Shown here: positions 51,001 through 61,941 of the stretch, piece after piece | Position numbering within the stretch: the first letter of the stretch is position 1 | How the letters are laid out: every line of letters begins with the position of its first letter | Source: Paragordius varius | Taxonomy: Eukaryota; Animalia; Nematomorpha | Assembly (NCBI GenBank): GCA_964247055.1 | Contig: OZ176056.1 | Coordinates: forward strand, 9,362,001-9,426,000 | DNA length: 64,000 nt | Direction of reading: 5' to 3' | The notes under the pieces: generated by a model | Databases searched by the model: none | What the model saw: only the letters and a program-made list of their open reading frames with translations | What the model was told of the DNA's origin: nothing | Made by a program: the position numbers and the translations under genes

Positions 51001-51437
51001 AGATTTTAATATGTATAGATAGCGGTGTTTAATTGGGTTTCTGTATAATTTTTAATGTATAATTTGAATGATATTATTAATTAAACCTCTGTCCTCAATC
51101 AATAGGACATCGAGTAGAAATCGATTGTAAGAATAATCCGATTGCCTCAAAATGTAAGAACCGGTCAGTGTTTTGATTTGACAATTAGTTTGTGCCATGG
51201 CTTGTTGTAACTTTTCACGAAATTTCAACTCAACGAATTCATCACTGTTAAATTTAATCATTCCGTTATTAACAATAATGAAATTGAAATTACACACTAC
51301 AAAGGGAAAACAGTAAAAATGTTAATATAAATATCAATCATACTTTTTGAAAGATTTTTTTTAATCATTATTATGAATTGCAAATCAAAAAATAAAGATG
51401 TAAATTGATAATTTTTGTGGATTTCTTTTGGATAATT

Positions 51438-51476
<39 letters not shown>

Positions 51477-54400
51477 GGTTGGTTGTCTTTTTAAAAAATA
51501 CCTACCTGTCTTTATAATTTTACGAGTATGTTTCTATTTTAACAGTAAATGTCAAAATGATAATTTATATAAATAATTCAAGCGCCATCTAAATAATTAT
51601 TATATAACTTTAGTTTTGAATAATGCAAAAATTCCAAACAAATATGACAAATATAGGTTTTTATAAAAAAATTATATTTCTAAACCTAAATTTTAATAAG
51701 TAATCTAATATATCGTTTTGGGTTTCAAATTAAAGTATTGAGATGTAAATTGGCAATTCGCACAAAATTTATCCTTCAAAATATAAAGGATAAAAAGCTA
51801 AGGATTAAAGTAAAAAATTATACAGAAAAATGCTAAATAAAAGACAACAATATTTTTAAATAAAGCCTCTTTTTGGATGCAAAAAAAGAATAGAGTTTAT
51901 ATTGTTAATATAAACTATTAAATTTTTTCATAATTTTTATTAAGTAATTTATATGACTAAAAAGTATAGTTTTCTTTAAAAAAATATTTGTCATTATATC
52001 TTCATATAATTTTAATTTTTATAAAAGACCACCATATTTTTTAAAAATCATGCTTCTTAATTTATAACCTATCTTTTTGGGTCGCAAAAAACAGGGAATT
52101 GAATGTTTTAATAAACATAAATATATAGTTTAAGATTATAATTAAATAGTTTATGGGGATATCGTCAAGGTAAATTCGTTATTATTGACTTTTTAAAATT
52201 TTTTACTGTAAAAATTATTTTTTACCCAACAGGTCCGTGAGAAGCCAGAGATTTGAGTTTGAGCAAAGTAGGAGAATAAACCAACGTGCAAAGATTGAAT
52301 GAAAATCGTTGACTTAATCGATAATATCCATCTAATAGACTTATAAACGATAACATGGCCAGATTTGTATTGAACGTGACAGTCTACAAATAAAGGGATT
52401 GTTTTGAAAACAACATCAATCAATTAAAAGTAAGTTAGCCATAAAAAAATAGGGGAGCTCTTTACAAAATATCAAAATATAAGTACAGTAATTGATAATA
52501 TACTATGGACAAAACGTAAAAATATAATAAAGACAAATAATTTTTCGAAAAGTGAGCCTTTGAATCTAAATTTTATAATGAAAACTTATTGTTTCAAAGT
52601 ATAAAATAGGAAATAAAGATGTAAATTGAAAAAACAATAATTATGTATTATACGATTGTAATTTAATTATTCGAATAGGATAAATTAAGGTTTGAAAAAG
52701 TATCATTGACTTTATTTTAAAAAAAGAAATTTGTCTTTACATTTATACGTTTTGTCCGTATAATTTCAATTTTTCCTGTATAAATTTTTTGGATAAAATA
52801 TTTACAACAATAAATGGTCGAGATAAATGCCAAAACCAAGCGAAAACGTGAATAAAAATAACGCTTTCGAAATTTGATAATATTTCTTCACCGAGTCATT
52901 AAAAGATTTAAAATATAGAGAGTGTACATAAAATAATCCTAATATATTTATAATAATCTAATGGATAGTGCTTTAAATTTTGGGCCTAAAACAAATATTT
53001 ACACTGGTTGATGATTGCTCCATAAAAAAATTGCAAATTAGCCACATTATGCTAAAAAAATGGTAAAATTTTCAAAAGATATCCTAAAAATATATCATCA
53101 TAAACTACATTTAAAAGCAAAAAATTTATTAATTAAGTTTTAGATCAGGGGTGTCCAACATAAATGGCTTCGCGGGCCGCATTTTATATTATGGACAATA
53201 AAAATAATTTATTAGAAATCAAACGGACTGCAAAATGATAACAATCAATTTTTTTCTAGTTCTTATTGCATTGACTTATATAAAATTTTTTAGAAATATC
53301 AATTTTGCTAAGAATTTGCGTTATTGTCGCAAATTATGAATTTCCGAATTTTAAAATTTTGCACCCCTCAAAATTAGGTTTTTTAAAACATAAACATGCA
53401 AAGATTACGTTGTAACAATAACTAATATAGGTAAGATTATGACATCAAAAAAATTATTATTGATTTTGGGTAAATATTTTAGCAAAATTGCGGATTTTTT
53501 TATATCATGTAATAAACTCTTTTAATTAAATTATGTTTGATTTAATTCAAGTATATATTTTAAACGGAATTTTTACTATAACGAGCCAATCTATTAAATT
53601 CATATTTTAATTGATACCCTTTAAATATGCTTTAAAAATTTGTTAAAAATTAAATTTTGGACAGAGTATGCCTATTTCAAAAAACTTGTTTAATATAATG
53701 AAATAAAAAAATTATTTTTGATTTTGGATAAATATTTTAGCAAAATTGCGGAATTTTTATAGCAGGCAAGAAACTCTTAAATAAATTATGTTTGATTTGA
53801 GTCAAATATATATTTTAAACATAATTTTTACTATAACGAGCCAATCTTTTAAAAAATAATTCATATTATAATTGATACCCTTTAAATATGCTTTAAAAAT
53901 TTGTTAAAATTTAAATTTGGACAAAGTATTATTATTTCAAAAAACTTGTTTAATATCATAATATATTATATTTTGAAAATAGTATCGCGCAATCTCAGCA
54001 TTTTATCAATTATTTTATTGTTTTTGAGGGGTCTAAATTGAAATCAAATTTAATTTAATACAATAATCAAATGTAAATTTTAATATATTAATTAATTTAT
54101 AATTAATCATTTAACTTTGTGCATAAAAAATTTATTCAAAATAAAGTACGCTAATATTGCGATTTTGCAATACGTAGCAATTAGCACAAAAGTGTATTTC
54201 TTATGTTACACATAAAGCTGAAAGCACCATAAGAATTTTGATACATTTATTACAGTAAAAATGGAAATTATACGGACAAAACGTAAAAATATAAAGAAAT
54301 TTTTTTTTAAAAAAAACATCCATACTGTTTAAAACCTAAATTTATCCTATAAATACATTTAAATACAATCATAAAATATATAATTGATTGTTTTACCGAT

Positions 54401-57400
54401 ATACGTTACTTTGCAAATTCAAAATATGAGTTATATGTATAAAAATAAAGTTTTGAAAACTATGGGTGTCTTTTTAAAAAATATATTTGCCTTTATATTT
54501 TTACATTATGTCCGTATAATTTCAATTTTTACTGTAATTTTATTCAGATTGATTGAACATTAGATCGACTGTTTTATAATTTAGTTTTTTTAAAAAAAAT
54601 TACCTAACAAATAATAATTTAAACGTGACAGTTTTTACCAAAGGAATTCCAGTTTTTCTGGATATTTCGGCCACAGTTTCGCTGTGAATGGATATGAAAG
54701 AGAGCTCACATAACGCACAAATCAGAATGCCATTTTTTTCACAGATATTTTTAGTGTCATTACTAAGGACTTTAGAGTTGGTGGGACGCAATATTGATTT
54801 ACTTTGAGAACTGGCCTTCTTGGGATTCAAAACAAAATTTTGCTTCTAAGCGTTAAATATACAGTAAATTTGTAAAAATATAAAAACAAAAGTTTTTTTT
54901 GATTCAAAAGACAACCCCAAACTTTTTGAAACCTTAATGTATCCTATAAAAAAACATTTAATTAAAATCGTAAAATATGATTGTGTTACCATTTTACATT
55001 TATATATTTTACTTTGTAGTTTAAAACAATGAGTTATATAAAAAATCAAGATTGAAAAAGTATGGTTTTAGAAAAAAATATTTGTCATTATATTTTCACG
55101 TTTTGTCCGTATTTAATATAATAAACTTTATATAAAATAGATAAATGTGGAAGGGTTGATATGTGCAAAAAATAGGCCTTAAATTCACGTTTAAATAAAT
55201 TTATTGTATTTGAATACTAAAAATTGCCTATATTTTGGCTTATTTTAAAAAAATGAAATTTCATTCAAAATTGGCATAATAGGTGATTTAATTTGGCCCA
55301 GATAATGTTTTTGGGGTTAATTTGAATTATGGCGGGTGAACTTAAGGTGTAAATGGTATATTTAAAAACATATGGCTGTTTTAGATAAATAGGGGAATAG
55401 AGTTAAAGGTAAAAGTAAAAAAATCTTAAAAAACTCAGCAGGGTTAAAAATAATTTATATACTTACCCGCAAAGATTTTCTTTTAGGTCCAACTCGATGA
55501 TGTCTTCTTAAGCTGGCTCCAGATCTCAAAGCGGATGATAAGGGTTGAAATATTAGGTAATATTCGTATTTAGATTCCTTGCTATTGAGACTACCACTTT
55601 ATCAAAAAATAAATCGTATAAACTTAGAAGCAAATATTTTTCACATAAAAAGACAACCCTACTTTATTAAAACTGGATTTTTTCCAGATAATCTTTTTAA
55701 TAATTACTAATTATATATAATTGGGTGTTATTAGCAAGTTATAATTCTTTTTCTTTTTTCACAACTTAAAATAAGAAATTATATTCAAAAATCAAACGGT
55801 TATTTAAAAAATATAAGTCTTTTAGATATCACATTTTGTCTGTATAATTTTTGATTTTTACTGTGCTATAGGAGGAGTGGGTAAATTTAATCCTATTCGA
55901 CCAGGCACACAGCTGTTTGCAACAGTTCGTTCCATCGTTGATTGGTCAGCAAAGGGTGGTCCCGTGATATCACGTGACATTTGCAAAAGAGCATGCCCAG
56001 AAATTGAGCAATCATATGATTCATTGTTATAGGCCGGGAGTGGCAACAATGTTTCCAAATATTTCATCTAAGGTTGAAATGTAAATTAGAATTAGAAATT
56101 AGATATGTAAATTTACAAGTGTAAAATAAGATAACTTTGAAATCATTTTACTGTCAAATATTTTTGAGCGTCTTTTATAGTATAATCGCCGCTCACGAAA
56201 CTATAAAATGATAGCAATCTAATATATTTTTTACATTACACCTCAAATTCACCCTTGAAAACAATTCAAATTTAGCCTAAAAATAATTTGTGCTTTTGAG
56301 CTAATATAACTTTTTATTAATATTAATTATTTACTATATGACATAGCCTATTATTTTTTTAGTATTATGTTGGTATTTTTCGGTATTTTCATATTTTAAA
56401 AATTGTAAAAAAATAGGCATTTTTTAATATTCGAAAACTCATAATCTATTTAATGGTGGTAAATTTGAAGTGCTCAAGAATGCATTATAGCCTCGTAAAT
56501 GGCAAATCTATATAAAGTTAGTTGTGCGACTCTTATATTGAATTATAAGAAATTACAGTAAAAATTGAAATTATACGGAGGACAAAACGTAAAAATATAA
56601 AGACAAGAATTTTTTTAAAAAAAGGACAACCCCATACTTTTTAAACCTTAAATTTTCGCATATAAATTATATAACTTACAATTTTAAAATATATAACATA
56701 TCGTTTTCATACTCTGCAGTTTAAAACCATTAGTTATAGTTTAAAAAAATCAAGATTGAAAAGGTATGGTTATCTTTTGTTAAAAAAAATATTTGTCTTT
56801 ATATTTTTACGTTTTGTCCATAGTATAATTTTAGTAATTGAAATTTTTTATTGAAATCGAGTTATAGTGTGTCGAAACTTGGCATTGTTTTTTCTTTTGC
56901 TTCAAACAATTATTTAAATAGAGTTAGTTGATAATTGGTTGTATTCAGAATACAAAAAATATCGCCATATAAGGAAAATAAATGGAAAAAAATAAAAACA
57001 GCTGTTTTTTAGTATTTTAGACAGCGCCTTTGTCCCTTATGTTTATATACCATTTTTTCAAGCAAACACAACATTTTTAAGCAAAAAACAATGGAAAAAT
57101 ATTGTGTTTGATTGAAAAAACTATGATTGTTTTGCTTGAAAAATAGATTAACAATAAAAATAGTTGATAACTTCAAGAGGATCGAAAATACAAACGTTTT
57201 TGTTTTTGCTAAATTTTAACATGTTAAAATCCAAAATTTTCGAAAAAAATTTATCATACATATTTAACTATGAGTAAGTATACATTGTTAGAAAGTTATA
57301 AATTATTGCCAAATAGCAATATAAGGCATTATTATTGATTTTTAGTTATTTTTTTCAGCCAATAATAATTCTCTTTGCTGCTGAATATGCTATTTCATGG

Positions 57401-59859
57401 CAATAATTAATAGCTTTCTAGCAATGTATACTTACTCATTAAACCGTATGTTTAAAATTTTTTTATTAAGTTGAAATAAAAGATTTTGATTAAATGGATC
57501 TATGTCTATATTTAATATATAAAGTAACTAAATATTATGGTTTTTATTGTAATATATTTGTATTCAATCATAATAATTTTCCTCATTTAAAACTAGGTTG
57601 GGTATATTAAAAAATATCCTTTATATATTTGAACATTTTTATAAAGATAGAATTTTACCCTATAGTAGGGCGGTCAATTTGTAACACAACAGTAGTGTAT
57701 GGAAAAAAGTAACAAAATAGGGAATAAACAATTCATTCCTTTCTTTTTTTCCATACACTACTGTTGTGTTGCAAATAGTACGCCTTACTATATCTTGAAA
57801 TAAGCAACCATTAAAATGCATACTGTATACAGAAAAAAAATGTAAAAAATAAAAAGTTGTTTTTTTAATTTAAATCATTATTTTGGCATTACTAAAGAGA
57901 AAACATAAATGTAAATTTATCACATTATAATTATAAGTTTCAAAAGAGAAAATAAACATACAATTTACAGTTCAAATTCACCCCAAAAAACAATTATGTG
58001 TTTTCGAACTAATAAATTATTAATATAAAATATAATTTTATGGCTGAGTGTATTTATTTTTTGCAGTATTATTTTAATTTAAAACAAAATGTTATTTTTT
58101 AAAAATATATATAATATAGGTATTTTTTAATTCTAAAAAAAATATAATTTATTTGAGGGTGTAATTAAATTGTTCAAGGATGAATTTTAATTGTAAATGG
58201 TATAGTATATGTAAAAATTATCAGGGTTAAAAAATATTTGTCTTTTAGTTTTTACGTTTTGTCAGGTATAATTTTAATTTTTAGTGGATACTTTAGAAAT
58301 TTCTCCGGATAATCGAAAACAATTATTGATACCCAAACTCCATAAAAAACAAATTCACCCTTGAACACTTCAAATTCACCCTAAAATAATAAACTATGTG
58401 TTTTTCAATATTGTGAAAAAAAACCTATAGTTTTTTATATTTTAAAAATAAAAAAAATTTAAAAAATTAACATTTTACAAAGAAAAAATGATAAACTATG
58501 CCATAAAGATATATTTTATATTAATGATGGCATATATTAGCCCGAAAACAAGTAATTTATTTTCAGGGTGAATTCGAATTGTTCAAGAATCAATTTGAGG
58601 TGTAAATAGTTTAGTATAAATCAGAATGTTAAAATTTAAAATTTTCCGAGCATAATCAAATTAAAATTAAAAACTATTTTTTCGATTAATGAGCTCAATA
58701 TACGCTTGTTTAAGAACAAATTCATGTTTCTTAAGACATTAAACCAAGGTTGATTTATAAACTTTAGAGAAAAAGGTTATATAGATGTCTAAAATATCTT
58801 AAGTAATAATAATAATATATTCTTTTTAATTATTCTATCTATAGCCTTCTTTAGATTTCAATTATCATCATATTTTGAGTTTCGGTAGTTTTTTATTGAG
58901 AAAATTGTCTTTATGTCAAGTTGCTAAGTATCATTTAAAATTAAATGATGACTTCCAAACAGAATATAAGGATTTATTATATCGCCTGAAAAATAGTTGC
59001 ATAACAGGAATTGCAAAAAGACCCTCGAATAATAATCCGTCGAAACTTCAAATAATCGCTTTGAAACAGTAAAAAATGACATTGTATACGTACAAAACGT
59101 ATAAAAAAACTTAAAAATAAATAATTTTTTTTCTTAAAAAACAATCATAGGATTTTTTCTACATAAACCATGTCAAATTATTTAAATTTAAATATAACTT
59201 TACACCTATATCCTATTTTGTAACGTAAAATGATGAGTTATTATTAACAGAATATACATACCATTTACAGTTCAAATTCACCCTGGAACAATTAAAATTC
59301 ACACTCAAATAAAATATGTTTTTTAGGATTAAAAACTACCTATATTTTTACACATTAATGAAAATTTTGTTTTAAATTAAAATAATACTGAAAAAATAAT
59401 AAACTATGCGCCATAAAGATATATTTAATATAAATAATGTGTTATATTAGTTGCCCGTAAACACATAATTTATTTTGTTCAAGGGTGAATTTGAACTGTA
59501 AATGGTGTTATATAATAGAGTTGCCTTTTTAAAAGTTATTACGTTTTGTCCGTATGATGATTTTTATTGGTAAGTTTTTAAATGTAAAATTATATAATGA
59601 GGATTTAAAATTAAAGAAAGCTATACAGAGAATATTTTATGCGAAAATAATAATTTTCCTTATAATTCTTTAAAAATAAAATCTACATTGTTTAAATGTT
59701 GCAAGAAATATGATTTTGATCGTTAACAAGCGCAAATAAATGGCAAAAAAATTAATTGGACATAAGTATATTAATGCATAGGAAATTTTACAATTTTTAA
59801 ATTGTGATTTATATACTATGTAGTGAAGATCATCAGACTGGCATCACAATGATACAGTC

Positions 59860-59897
<38 letters not shown>

Positions 59898-60146
59898 GTT
59901 TATAAAGGGAGAATTTTCTCAAGAGGTAAACATATGATTAGGAATAGTTTTTTGGGGTTTCAATTAAAATAACTGTAATATTTGTAGCCATATAAATTTA
60001 TTGCAATCAGGCTTCTATTATCAATAATTCATTCCTGAATATATGTACTTATGTTTTTTACAAGATTTGTGATATATTATCCGATTACTTAAACTTTGCA
60101 ATTAATTACCATTAGATCTGTGTTGTTTTAAAATAAATTATAATTG

Positions 60147-60190
<44 letters not shown>

Positions 60191-61941
60191 AAAATAAAGA
60201 TAGAGTTGGCTTTTTAGCATGACATTTCAAAGATACAGTAAAAACTGAAATTATACGGACAAAAAGTAAAAATATGAAGACAATATTTTTTTACTCTAAA
60301 AGACAACCCCATACTTTTATAAAACTTAATTTTTCTCACATAAATTATATAATTACAATTGTAAAATATATAATTGATTGCGTAACCAATATACATATTA
60401 ATTTTATACTTTGCAATTTAAAACAATAAGTTATATGTTAAAAAATAAAGTTCAAAAAAGTATGGATGTTTTTTAAAAGAAACCATTTGTCTTTATATTT
60501 TTAGGTTTTGTCCGTATAATTTCAATTTTTTCTGTTATACTCAGGCGTTATAAATGACCATTTAAAAGCAAAGTTTTCATACATTATGGACATCAAATAC
60601 AGTGTGATACTCAAACCGCGGTCCTAAAAGTGCTTATTATTCATGACCTTGAAATACTTTTGAACTTAAATATCTGCAAATGTGTCAAATAGTAATAAAA
60701 ATTTATCGGAATTAGAGCCCTAGAGATATGAAAAATATTTTTTTTAAGCCTAAAATTTGCTTTTAAGTTCCACCGATATTACATTTAATTTATAATGTAC
60801 CATTTATGTATGCCTCAAAATCAGCATCGAACATTTTAAATTCACCCTAAAAATAAATTTTCTGTTTTTAAAATTAAAAAATAGTACATTTTTAATATTT
60901 CTAAAAAAGGAAGGTTAGAAAGCTTTTTAAAACCATTTTAGCAGTATTTTTTTGTTTATTTTAAAGTCATATGTTCATTTTAATCGGGTTTTGGAGCTAT
61001 CCCAATTTGAAATTTTAGACGTTAAGAAAAATAGTTTTACCATGGAACAATGCTTGATAATTAAATTATTACTAAAATAACCTTCAAAATTACCCTAAAA
61101 TGTATTATTTGAAAAAAAATATAAGGTATTCAAATGTTTAAAAGGCTATCTCACCCCTATAAAATATTAAAAAGCGCAATAAATCAAATACTTCATAAAA
61201 GAATTTAGATGGCATCTTAGGTGCTAGCAAGCTTTCTTTAACAGCTTTTCGTAAAGCACGCCGACCTGAAACCGCAAATCTAATTCGGTCTCTTGCTGAA
61301 TTCAAATAATCGTTTGGCACATAAGTCTCCAGATGATTGAGTAAAAGGGCAGACGATTTGAGTTTAGTGCGTAATAAATGATTAGAACTGTTTGAAACTG
61401 GAACATTTGCAATGTCATCATGTAATAATAATGGTGAATTTTTTGGAGAATCTTTTTGTGTTGAGTCAATGCTCCTCTCATTAAAATTATTGGAGGATTG
61501 GTTTAATGTCATGCGACAAACATCGGCAACAACCAGACCAAGACTATCAGATAGTTTTAGAAGATTAATATTTGGAATACAAGAGTTAATAAAGTCATGT
61601 CGTGTTTGATGGAACAAATAATTAAAAGCGGATGAATCGTTTTCCATAAGTTGTGGAATAGATGCTGGTAAAAATCGCAATCTATAATATATTTTCACAT
61701 TGAGGTGGTCTAATTTTAAATCATTATTGCTATTGACTAGATTAAAGGAAGGTGGAAGAAAAATATTTTTAGTTGGGAGATAAAGTGCAAACATAAAAAA
61801 TGATTGTGTTTTAAATCCAAGCGCTCGGGAAATGTAATTGCAAACCTCTTCTGAATATAAAGTTTTTGAATTTTTATTTAGGTATACTTTAAAAATGTGG
61901 TCATAAAAAGTGCTAATATAAATAAAATCCTGGGTTGCCAT
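36472..61941 (-). CDS. JAK: Janus kinase (JAK/Hopscotch-like), 24 exons, ~2,218 aa, with a degenerate JH1 kinase domain
   Basis: Exons (minus strand): 61941-61192, 56067-55862, 55590-55467, 54845-54639, 52383-52226, 51244-51087, 50591-50569, 49114-49027, 47540-46578, 45556-45403, 44802-44685, 44376-44190, 43022-42833, 42326-41812, 41467-41364, 41010-40425, 40140-40053, 39818-39002, 38812-38561, 37946-37704, 37424-37194, 37124-36842, 36767-36712, 36627-36472. All are GT-AG and phase-consistent, total 6657 nt. The domain order FERM, SH2-like, pseudokinase, kinase is diagnostic of JAKs. The junctions of exons 7-8 are the least certain. Confidence 0.92.
41364..47150 (-). CDS. JAK: JAK JH2 pseudokinase domain, exons 9-15
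   Basis: LTFNSDERL, LVKIYGVCL, ELGSWATFL, HNRIGAVNV (cf. HGNVCAKNI), VKLCDPV (cf. KLSDPG), LPWLSPE (cf. IPWVPPE), DIWSFGTFLWE, RLPKP.NCP...LLQCW. Confidence 0.88.
42515..42784. mobile_element. MITE family A copy (degenerate)
   Basis: TA|CAGGAAAAATGAAAATTATACGGACAAAA ... TTTTACATTTTG...TCTG|TA. Confidence 0.7.
44892..45181. mobile_element. MITE family A (Tc1/mariner-like, CAGT...ACTG termini, ~285 bp, TA target)
   Basis: TA|CAGTAAAAATTGAAATTATACGGACAAAA ... TTTTGTCCGTATAATTTCAATTTTTACTG, with long (~90-100 bp) inverted arms. Confidence 0.88.
45585..45871. mobile_element. MITE family B copy
   Basis: TA|CCATTTACAGTTCAAATTCACCTTTGAACAATTCAAATTCACCC ... GGGTGAATTTAATTGTAAATGG|TA. Confidence 0.85.
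47250..51244 (-). CDS. JAK: JAK SH2-like domain exons 6-9
   Basis: TGSYILRQSDYSYNRFLLDV, GYKHL, NFSNIKDF and TKCIPP match remembered JAK SH2-like motifs (GLYVLRCS, YKHC, NFSSLKDL, TKCCPP). Confidence 0.8.
47627..48218. mobile_element. Second family C foldback copy, interior inverted relative to 11730-12627, one end truncated
   Basis: TA|CCATTTGCACTTCAAGAGTGTCC, then about 5 21-bp units. The interior is the reverse complement of 11890-12310. The right arm has only about 2 units. Confidence 0.85.
48671..48965. mobile_element. MITE family A copy
   Basis: CAGTAAAAATTAAAATTATACGG ... AATTTCAATTTTTACTG|TA. Confidence 0.8.
49273..50521. mobile_element. 1249-bp near-palindromic element with TA target duplication
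   Basis: TA|CTGTGTGCAAAAAA ... TTTTTTGCACACAG|TA. The arms (~590 bp each) pair up to ...GGAATATCAACCAACAATCC / GGATTGTTGGTTGATATTCC..., leaving a ~50-bp spacer (49861-49909). Confidence 0.9.
52226..61941 (-). CDS. JAK: JAK FERM domain exons 1-5
   Basis: EEVC...FALY...FLPPS...YYRLRFLP...YLFHQTRHDF...LGLVV and MKYLETL. The signature SFISLLDGYYRL...NLC...SPTLL...HGPV is in exon 52383-52226, in a different frame from the listed ORF 52193-52423. Confidence 0.9.
53146..53960 (+). mobile_element. hAT (Charlie-like) 5' end followed by a ~258-bp tandem duplication
   Basis: TTTTAGAT|CAGGGGTGTCCAACA...CGCGGGCCGCA resembles hAT termini. 53455-53700 is repeated at 53713-53960. The other terminus was not found. 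Confidence 0.5.
54253..54534. mobile_element. MITE family A copy
   Basis: TA|CAGTAAAAATGGAAATTATACGGACAAAACG ... TGTCCGTATAATTTCAATTTTTACTG|TA. Confidence 0.9.
55591..55863. mobile_element. Degenerate MITE family A copy co-extensive with JAK intron 2
   Basis: Right arm CATTTTGTCTGTATAATTTTTGATTTTTACTG ends at 55863. The inner left arm AAATATTTT...AAAAGACAACCCTACTTT is at 55632-55667. Confidence 0.7.
56556..56835. mobile_element. MITE family A copy
   Basis: TA|CAGTAAAAATTGAAATTATACGG...ACAAAACG; right arm TATTTGTCTTTATATTTTTACGTTTTGTCC with an eroded end. Confidence 0.8.
57661..57792. mobile_element. 132-bp hairpin MITE
   Basis: TATAGTAGGGCG...AACACAACAGTAGTGTATGGAAAAAA / TTTTTTCCATACACTACTGTTGTGTT...CGCCTTACTATA. 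Confidence 0.8.
57961..58200. mobile_element. MITE family B copy
   Basis: CAATTTACAGTTCAAATTCACCCC ... GGATGAATTTTAATTGTAAATGG|TA. Confidence 0.75.
59261..59505. mobile_element. MITE family B copy
   Basis: TA|CCATTTACAGTTCAAATTCACCCTGGAAC ... GTTCAAGGGTGAATTTGAACTGTAAATGG. Confidence 0.85.
60236..60534. mobile_element. MITE family A copy
   Basis: TA|CAGTAAAAACTGAAATTATACGGACAAAAAG ... TTTTGTCCGTATAATTTCAATTTTTTCTG. Confidence 0.88.

Noticed and set aside
52193-52423. Listed 76-aa ORF as the JAK exon
   Set aside because: The JAK signature SFISLLDGYYRL is in another frame (exon 52383-52226), so the listed translation is a shadow frame.
58875-59072. 65-aa plus-strand ORF nested in JAK intron 1
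   Set aside because: It starts at TTG, shows no recognisable motif, and ends in a MITE terminus. More likely a chance ORF or transposon debris.
61138-61191. Extending JAK exon 1 to the GTGAG donor at 61154
   Set aside because: That phase-1 join puts exon 2 into a frame that stops after 13 codons. The donor at 61191 keeps the conserved MKYLETL frame.
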